DNA from: Neophaeotheca triangularis
Taxonomy: Eukaryota
Length of the DNA stretch: 55,564 nt
NCBI GenBank assembly: GCA_054600435.1
Contig: BAAIJX010000088.1
Coordinates: forward strand, 1-55,564
Reading direction: 5' to 3'
Of the stretch, positions 47,514 to 55,564 are shown piece after piece; position 1 is the first letter of the stretch, and every line of letters begins with the position of its first letter. A model generated the notes under the pieces. That model worked only from the letters and a program-made list of their open reading frames with translations. It had not been told where the DNA came from and searched no databases. Position numbers and translations under genes: made by a program.

Positions 47514-50489
47514 CTAATCCAATTCAATAACCTCCACGACCCTCTTCTGCCTCGCCAGGGCCCCTGCCCGACCCTTCTGCAACCCCGAAATCCCCAACCC
47601 CTTCTCTTCAGCCTCCGCCAACTCCCTCTCCAAACTATCACTCCTAACCCCACCCCTGACCTCATCCCTGACCTTCCAATCCCCGTCCTTCCCTACCACA
47701 ATGCTCCTAGCATCCAGTCTCCCCATCGCTTCCAAAACCTCCCTTACCCCCACCATCCAGCCATCGCAAACCAGCTTCCCGGGTCTCGCGTCCCCTCGGC
47801 AAATGGGACAGCGCCAATCGTCCACGACGCTAGGCCAGCCCGGAAACTCGTGGCGCCGCATTAGCAGGAAGGTCTCCAGGTCGAAGCAGTCGCGGTGTAA
47901 GCAGCTGTAACCGCGCACGGGGGTGGTGAAGATGTTGCAGCCGCTGTAGGGGTCTGTGAGAGTCAGGGTCAGGGTTGTCGAGGTGAGGGTCACTTCGTCG
48001 TCAACGCCGGAGGAGCTGGAGGACGAGTTGAGGGAGTTTTGGATTTGCGCGAGACTGATTGCGACGGGAATGGTGGGGATGGAGGCTGTGAGGGTTTTGT
48101 GGGATGTTGTGGCCACGGCTTCGATGGCTATGGCGTAGGGAAAGGGGCGGGTACTTTCGTCAGTTGAGCGGGTGAGGCAGAGGGTTAGTGTGTTTGTGCC
48201 TAGTCGTAGGTGGGGGGAGAGGGCGATGGGTAGGTTGCGGCCGTGGTGGAGTTTACGGCGCGGTTCGAGTGGGGTGGAGTTGATGTAGAAGAGGAGATTG
48301 TCTGGCCAAACGGTGTCTGAAGTTGCCCAGTGATTTGAATTGGTGGTGTTGGTCTCTGTTATCTTACAGCAGCGGAGGCGGAATAGACGGGATCCCTCAG
48401 TGAGGATCGTTGTTGGACGCTCGCCTCTTACTGGAGGTTTAGTGGGTTGGGGTATCTTCTCGAGTGCTTTTTGGGCGAAATGAAAATTTATCATCTGGAC
48501 CGCCTCACCAGGATCAACCTTCCTCGGCGGCACTACATAGGAATCGACATGTCGATAAAGCTTTTCTGCTCCGGGTGCAGGCTCCTTGGGCCCAAGCAAA
48601 GGACTCCGCAGATGCGCCTGATGCAGCGCGACCTTGTTGGTGTCGGGGTGAGTGGGCTGGGGTCGTGGAATCTCGTGTGCCAAGGGATATACTCGCTTGG
48701 GCTGTGGCCGCTGTCTGTATTGTTGGTGAATAGGGGGCTGCCACTGCTCTTGGGCTACCACAGGCGAAGCATGCAGCGGGCTGTGAGCTGCCATGGCACG
48801 TTGCTGATGATGATTCTGTGCTTGAATGGTCATCGGACTTGCCTGCATCTGTTGCTGTTGCTGTTGCTGTTGCACGTAAACGTTGTTGGAACGATGAGGC
48901 GGTCGTTGCGCAAACCCATTGTTTGCTTGCACGAGTTGGGTTTGCTGCTGTTGCGCATTTGCTATGTTGAGTGTCGGCGGACTGCCAGCACCGGGGCTCA
49001 TGCCACTGTTTTCCATCCACTTTTTGAAAATTCCCGCGAACGCTGCATAATACGTCTCTCGACCGTGCTGGTTAAGCCGAGAGCCGCAAGCAAATATCCG
49101 TTGGTCTCGTTCGTGAAGCGCCTCGAGCTGTTCAAGTCCTTGACGGCATCCGCTAGGCCAAAAATTCCTCGCAACGCACCGAAATGCAGTGGTCTGTAGA
49201 ACGGGACTGATCATGCCCATTCGGTCCACCAAGTCCTGTACAATTGGTGGAGCAGTACGAGCTTTACTCTCCTGGATGATCGTCTGCCAGTGGTGTGGAA
49301 GTAACTGCAGGAAATGAGCTACCTTTTCCAGATACCAAGAATATGCCTGGCGCATTGCGTGAGGAATGTTGGTGATGCGATCTGGAAAGCTTGCCGACCA
49401 TTGGTTGAAATCTGGATTCAGAACCCTATTATCGCACAATAAAGCGGCGAGGTGGGCCCACGATTGGTCTGGTATGCGGGCGAAGCCAGATGGTAGCGTG
49501 GTGGGGGCAATCGTGTGCGTGCAGTAGACCTGATTGAGCACAATATAAAACCAGTCGGCCTTTTCGATGGCTTGACGTAATAACGTCAATCTACCCACAT
49601 CACTTTCTCCCCAATCTCCCAACTTGTGCTGTACTAGCAACCCCTCGAAATGATTGAGATGGTTCATCGCAGCGTCTTTGTGGTAGAAGGGCATTTGAGT
49701 GAGCTCTTGTGGTGGAGGCGGTCCAGACGCGGTGCCAGACGTCGAGGGGCGTGCTGCTGGACTTTGACTGAAGGCATGAGCTTGTGCTGGCACCATAGAC
49801 GCCGGGGCAATATTGTTGCTAGGCAGAATTGGCCTGGCAGTGGCCTGAGACGGCATGGTGTTGTGGGAGTGATGGACAGGGCCTTGGCGAGGAACGTTCG
49901 GGCTGCGTGCCCCATCTTGTACATTTGCACTGTTACTTCTCGAGGCCATGGGTTGGGCGTTGGAGCCGATTTGTGTGACCAAGGGTGTTGTCGGATTAGT
50001 TCGCGGCCTTCCAATAACGGGCGATTGGGTTTGCTCTTCACTCGGAGCAGGCGATGGAAGGAATGGCAGCTTCTTCCCCTTCACAACTTCCTTGTTTGGG
50101 GCGTTCCTTCCCACTGCTACAGGCTGCTGATGTGGCCTTAGTATATCGCCTGGTGATTCGTGATCAACGAGATTTGTAACCTGGTGGTTCTGCTGTTGCA
50201 GAAAATCGCCAAATGAAGTTATGTTTCCGTTAGTGGCTGCCGCTGTTGCGTTCTGTGCTGCTGTCGCTGCGGCGCATGCTCCAGGACTGCCGTTCGGAGC
50301 GTGGGACGTGTTGTCAGACGCGGACACGTCTCTCGTGGTGGCAGGTGTTGGTACAGCAGCAGCTCCGGTCATCCAACTACGCCGGTTGCTGGCGAGACGA
50401 TGTAGGTAGTCGTTGCTCCTTGCAATGACATCGTCCGAAGGCGCATCTTTGCCGCCCTTGCGCCGCTTGGGCGATGGGGCTTGGAACAT
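47514..50489 (-). CDS. MIZ/SP-RING zinc-finger protein (putative SUMO E3 ligase-like)
   Basis: C-terminal DPYSG..FTTPVRGYSCLHRDCFDLETFL..WRCPICRGDARP..LVCDGW; RLRCC and RRKLHHGRNLPI blocks; Q-rich low-complexity regions. Confidence 0.88.
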   Translation of the reverse strand: MFQAPSPKRRKGGKDAPSDDVIARSNDYLHRLASNRRSWMTGAAAVPTPATTRDVSASDNTSHAPNGSPGACAAATAAQNATAAATNGNITSFGDFLQQQNHQVTNLVDHESPGDILRPHQQPVAVGRNAPNKEVVKGKKLPFLPSPAPSEEQTQSPVIGRPRTNPTTPLVTQIGSNAQPMASRSNSANVQDGARSPNVPRQGPVHHSHNTMPSQATARPILPSNNIAPASMVPAQAHAFSQSPAARPSTSGTASGPPPPQELTQMPFYHKDAAMNHLNHFEGLLVQHKLGDWGESDVGRLTLLRQAIEKADWFYIVLNQVYCTHTIAPTTLPSGFARIPDQSWAHLAALLCDNRVLNPDFNQWSASFPDRITNIPHAMRQAYSWYLEKVAHFLQLLPHHWQTIIQESKARTAPPIVQDLVDRMGMISPVLQTTAFRCVARNFWPSGCRQGLEQLEALHERDQRIFACGSRLNQHGRETYYAAFAGIFKKWMENSGMSPGAGSPPTLNIANAQQQQTQLVQANNGFAQRPPHRSNNVYVQQQQQQQQMQASPMTIQAQNHHQQRAMAAHSPLHASPVVAQEQWQPPIHQQYRQRPQPKRVYPLAHEIPRPQPTHPDTNKVALHQAHLRSPLLGPKEPAPGAEKLYRHVDSYVVPPRKVDPGEAVQMINFHFAQKALEKIPQPTKPPVRGERPTTILTEGSRLFRLRCCKITETNTTNSNHWATSDTVWPDNLLFYINSTPLEPRRKLHHGRNLPIALSPHLRLGTNTLTLCLTRSTDESTRPFPYAIAIEAVATTSHKTLTASIPTIPVAISLAQIQNSLNSSSSSSGVDDEVTLTSTTLTLTLTDPYSGCNIFTTPVRGYSCLHRDCFDLETFLLMRRHEFPGWPSVVDDWRCPICRGDARPGKLVCDGWMVGVREVLEAMGRLDARSIVVGKDGDWKVRDEVRGGVRSDSLERELAEAEEKGLGISGLQKGRAGALARQKRVVEVIELD

Positions 50490-51689
50490 GATGGGTATTG
50501 CGCCTGATGAGGGAGTTGTTCGCTCTCGATCATGGTCGATTCAAAGGCTCCGAATGGAAGAAGGCAGTGGAGTCTGGATTGTGCTCGCTCTTCACATGGT
50601 ATACTTGTACGACCCAATGCTCTACCGTGTTATCGTGTCGACAGCGGTCGCTTCTGCTTTTGCTTATGTTACACTCGAAAGCCGTACTTATATCGAGGTG
50701 TCAGGCTAATAGTATGTCCGGGGGCGAGGGGGTGCTTGGTAGGCAGAAGTGGTGCATCAAGGTAGCCGCGAGTTGCAGTACTGAAAGCCGGGATACCTAA
50801 GGTAAGGTAGGTAAGGTGATAACCACCAAGAGGTGTGTGATTCAGCAGGAAGTCGCGAGATCCGGCGTGTTGACCATCGTAAGGTACCGTATCCACCAGG
50901 CCTTCCTTCTCTTCTTACGCCCTGCAAACTTCTGCTCGCACCTATCCTCACCAAGAATGGCCCCTGCTATTCATGGCTAGCTGTATGTCAAACGCGCGTG
51001 GTAGGAGGTACTGTACATTAGTAGTAGTGGTAGAGACCATCGCATTCCAATTCACAATCCAATCCTTTATCTTATCGGTCTTGTGCATGTAGATTATATA
51101 TACACTATTAATAATACACTAGTCTTAAGTTATGCCCTGTATCTCGGCTTGACCCGCAGTCGGAGGCGGAACGGGTGTCTTCTTGATTCACGACTCTCCA
51201 ATGCATGCACCAACCAACCTCGTCGTCGCTCGTCCCATCTCTTTCCACTTCCTCCCCTTCTTCCCCCCTCTCAACCCCATCTCTTCCTACGGCCTCCTCC
51301 TCCTCCTCCCCCACCCCTACGTTGTTGACGACGTCCTTACGGCTCTCATATTGTGACGACCCCTCCTACTAATGATATCCCTCCTAATAATGTACAATTG
51401 AATCCCATCCCACGAGAGGTCCCCGCATCACCCGCACCGCACAGCATCGCGACTTGCGGTACCAATCGCAAATACCCACGTCACCAGCCACATTGATCTA
51501 CCTGCACACAAAGACTCCTCCGAGCTTAGGTTACCTCTGCACTACCACTCCCATTCCTCCCGCTGCTATGAGACACTCTGCGCAGTGACTCTTGCATGGT
51601 CACAAACCTCCTCGCAACGCAAAGGCCGACGCGCGCATTCAGTTTACCACGAGATCCTCGCAATAGCTTGTTGATACTCCTATCCCAAC

Positions 51690-54600
51690 ATGGCTTCCCG
51701 AAATGGCGGCAGAGAGGACGCGGCGCCTGGCGGTATTCTCCTGGTCGTCCACGACTTTGTCGCCCGTAGTCCGGACGAGCTTAGCTTAGCAAAGGGCGAC
51801 AGGATAGAACTGATCGAGCGGGACGACGACTTTGGCGATGGCTGGTTTCTGGGCAGGCATATGACCAACGGCAATACCGGCCTGTTCCCAGAAGGTGCGC
51901 ACTCGCATGCTTTGCCAAAGAAGCCAGGCCAAGTAGAGCTAACAAGTGCCAGTTTATACTACTCCTGCCCCGAGAGGAACTCTCTCCAATCCTCCTCAAC
52001 AGAGGCGCGTCAGTGCTGGTACTCCAAAGCCTCAAGACATCGATACGCCTCTCGCTCAGCAGCGCTACGCGAATAGCCAGCAGCGGCCTTCCAGCGCCAA
52101 TCAGAGTCAGACCTCTCCTTTGGCGCAAACGGCACTACGTTCCTCTCTTCCCTCTCCCAACAATCCGAGAACCTACAGTATGATGAGCGCAGACTCGCCG
52201 GTGATGAATGAGACTCTCTCCGTAATTAACGAGCACATTACCGATATGCACACTCCTAGGCAATCTTTCGCCAACGGCAACAAACGAGACACACAAGGTT
52301 CCATGTATTCGCAACCCATGAACCGCTTGTCCTACATCATGGGCCATGAAACGGACGAAGAGGAGCACGATGTGCATACTGAAGACGAGGTCATGGCTTG
52401 GGGTCCCGAACGAGTCGCCGAATATCTTGAAGACCATGGGGTCGAAAAAGCACATTGCGAGGTTTTCAAAGAGCAAGAGATTAGTGGTGAGGTTCTCCTT
52501 GCCATGGATCAAAGCAGCGTCTTCATCAAAGAATTTGAACTTGGGCCCGTAGGCAGGAGACTGAAGACATGGCACAAAATCAAGGCTCTGCAAGACGAGG
52601 TCAGACGAGCGGCTGTGCCCAACGTGCCAGCAAGCAACTCTGGATACTCAGGGGCCGATGATGATGCTGCCGGTCCTGCGTCCAGAAACCGCAGCGCCAG
52701 TACTGGAAACGCTTTACCTCGAGCGCTTTCAACACGGCATGAATCAGCACCTCAACAGCAGCCTACTGTAGCAGGAGCCAGCAACACCATGTCGCCGTTG
52801 CAGTCCATGACATCAATAACATCGTTGAACAGGCCAGAAAACACCCACAGGCCTAGTGCGCAGAGCATTCGCAGCATGAACCATTCGAGAAGGCACTCGA
52901 GTATCGACTCCACTTCATCCCACGTCCGTGGTCACAGAAAGCAGCCTTCGTTTGACCAGAAGTGGACAATGGGGCAGGCTGGACAGTCAGATTCCTACAA
53001 TCGCGCGTCTGCGGTTAGTACCGAGTCTGCGCAACAATTTGCCAGCCGTCACTTGGCCTTTGTCAATTCCGCAACCAACGAAGACGCGGACAAGGCATTC
53101 TCATCGACTGAATCGGACGGTCGTACGAGGACGAACGGTAACAAAACCGTGCTTGCAAAAAGAAGCTCGAACCCGCCAATCAATCCCGAGCACTCACGTA
53201 ACAACAGCGCGAACACAAACGCTCGCCCAAACATGTGGAACGGACGTCTGGCAAGCAGTGACAGCCTGCGTCAGCCAGTCAGTCCTATGAGTACGTCAAC
53301 AAGTCAGTTTGGCTCGATGAACGGCCTAAGCAGCAAGGTTGGTGGTGGACGCATAAACAGCTCGCCTCAATTCAACAGTAAGACTATGAAGAATGCGCGC
53401 GAGACCATGAACCCTGTTGTCACCAAATTGGACTACGACCAGAGTCCCTCATCCAAGACATTCACGTCCAGCCCTGGCGCAAAGTCGGGAAACAATACAC
53501 CAAGCCAACAACCAACACCGAGCCCGTCGAGCAATGCTTTCACATTCTCTCAAGCAGGGTTCAAGCAGCAGGTACGCGCCATCAGTGACGCTATCACCAG
53601 GAGCGAAAAGACTGTCGCTACCGACCGTATACCGGACACAGTCAAAGAAGGCGAAGTACAATCACCCACCCGCCCGAGTACAGAAACCCCGAGCACCGAC
53701 ACCACCTCTCTCGATTACGCCAAAACCGACGCCCCGACCCGCGCCTCAACCGGCTCAGGCCCCAATCTCGCACCTCCTCCACCCGCAACGACCAAACGTG
53801 CAAAAGCCGCGCGCACCAAGAAGCAAACCTCCGCCTACACCCGTGGCCTGCAGAAGCTCTCCCCTGCAGAACAAATGTCCACATGCGATTACAGTGGCTG
53901 GATGAAGAAGAAGTCCGGCTCGTTGATGACGACCTGGAAACCGCGCCTCTTCGTCCTTCGTGGCTGCAGACTAAGCTACTACTACTCCGAAACAGACACA
54001 GAAGAAAAAGGGCTAATCGACATTTCCTTCCACCGCGTCCTCCCTGCTGACAACGAAAAACTAACTTCCTTCCACGCCTCCCTCACCAACGCCGCCTCCA
54101 AAAGCCCCACCTCGCCCAACCCCAACACCACTAGCACCACCACTGACCCCAACTCCCACGCCTCCGAGACCCCTTCCTCCGAAGACAGCCTCTTCATCTT
54201 CAAACTTCAGCCCCCAAAATCCGGCCTCTCCAAAGGCGTAACCTTCACCAAACCAATGGTCCACTACTTCGCCGTCCCAAACCGCTCCGAGGGCCGACTG
54301 TGGATGGCCGCCATGATGAAAGCGACTATCGACCGCGACGAGGACGGCGTCGTCACGACTACTTACAATCAGGAGACCATTAGTCTTGCCAAAGCGCGAG
54401 CGAGGAGGGAGCGGCCGCCTGCGCTTAAGGAGAAAGAGGCCGAGGCCGAGGCCGGGTCGGAGGTTGCCGAGGGCAGGGCGGAATTGGAGGCTGGGTTGGG
54501 GATTCAAGGGTTAGGGGGTGCGAAGGATGAGGAGGTGGCTGTAGGTACTGCTAGTACCACCAGTGAGGACGCGAATGCCGGCGCCGAGGAGCGCGAGGAC

Positions 54601-54777
54601 AAGGTTGCTGTGAGCGAGGCGGAGAATGACGACAGCGTTATCATCCATGCGAAGGATGCGGAGTCTGGCTCTAATGCCCCTGGCGCGGCTTCCGGGGAGG
54701 ACGCTGCCACTGGGAAAAATGATACCGACGCCCTGGATGAGAAGGAGCGCGAGGCCGTGGCGTTGAATACTAGCTAA
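51690..54777 (+). CDS. Polarity scaffold Boi1/Boi2/Pob1-like protein (SH3-SAM-PH); exons 51690-51894 and 51953-54777
   Basis: SH3 VHDFVARSPDELSLAKGDRIELIERDDDFGDGWF..TGLFPE|VYT; SAM WGPERVAEYL..FKEQEISGEVLL; PH YSGWMKKK..TWKPRLFVL..LSYYYSE..EKGLIDI..HYFAV..GRLWMAAMMKATI. Confidence 0.93.
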
Positions 54778-55172
54778 TTAATCCATCTAGCCAACCGGCC
54801 GAACAGGCGGTTAGGGATGTATATACATTACTTTGTCGACGTATAAATTCACCTGCCCAAGCACAGTATCTTCACCGCCTCAACTCGACGTGCAGCAAGC
54901 TTTTGAGCCGATTCCACCAAAGGCTCACAACGAGCGCGGAAGCAGCCTCTTGTCGCCAACTGTTGTTAGACACCGTACTCGCCCCTTGCGCTACGGAGAC
55001 CAAACAGAAGAAAGAAAAAACCAAAAAAGGAAAGCCCCCACGTCCGAAGTCCCCACCTCTCTCCAAACCACCCCCTCCTCTCATCCCGTCCTCATCCCTT
55101 CATAGGAATCCCAAATCCAAAACCGCCGCAGCCCCACATCCCCAATATCTAAAACCCAGACCCACCGAACTC

Positions 55173-55413
55173 TCAAGGCAGGACCTTCAGTGCTTTCGAG
55201 TAATCAGGCAAAGGGGGGTCGCGCCTTCCGGTTGCCCTTCGTCTCCGACTGCCAGAGCCACAGCCACAGCCACAACCACAACCACAGTCCTTCCCATCTC
55301 GACCCAAGTCTCCGAGGTCCCGGCTTTCGAGGTCCTGGCTTTCGAGGCTCCCGGTTTCTCGATACCGTTGGATTTCCTTCGCCGCCGGTGTCTGGGGGTT
55401 TATGGACGCGATG
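55173..55413 (-). CDS. Possible terminal exon of a gene truncated by the window end (contains a CGCGCGCGCG stretch)
   Basis: Open frame ending PPLPDYSKALKVLP*, preceded by a CTGAC..CAG acceptor-like sequence. No recognisable family. Confidence 0.25.
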
Positions 55414-55564
55414 CTGAGATCCACGGTCAGAAGAACACAAAAGACCACCTAGGACATCGCCAACCCCGACCCGACGATTTCACGCACTGCACGGTGCTGC
55501 GGAGGCTCTTGCTTGCCGCTCGCTGTTGGCTTGGTGCTTGGCCGAGTTTGGGGAGGGGGAGGGG

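Overview
A 55.6-kb eukaryotic window from a filamentous ascomycete. The evidence is GT-AG introns with CTAAC/CTGAC branch points and a White Collar-2 gene; a Dothideomycete source is my inference only. It holds about 19 ordinary genes: GH43 xylosidase, RAD50, WC-2, GH5 exo-glucanase, NSP1, GCN5, a secreted Ser/Thr-rich repeat protein, OST5, 9-1-1 subunit Rad1, an ELL-like factor, D-2-hydroxyacid dehydrogenase, DLD1, a coiled-coil protein, an amidohydrolase-family decarboxylase, an enoyl-CoA hydratase, RPL20, a CSN12-like PCI protein, a BTB protein, an SP-RING protein and a Boi1/2-like protein. I derived the exon structures by hand from splice signals and frame continuity. The most unusual feature is in the gene-free first 2.9 kb. 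It is an array of at least 12 copies of a degenerate 35-bp bipartite motif (CGCTAGCT-N-GGA(C/T)G-N-ATCNCGGCG) in strictly alternating orientation. The copies form six 168-177-bp inverted-repeat units with mutually unrelated interiors and spacers, a period of about 220 bp, and an A/B higher-order alternation. Its function is unknown. A candidate structured ncRNA near 25.0-25.5 kb is a weaker second lead.
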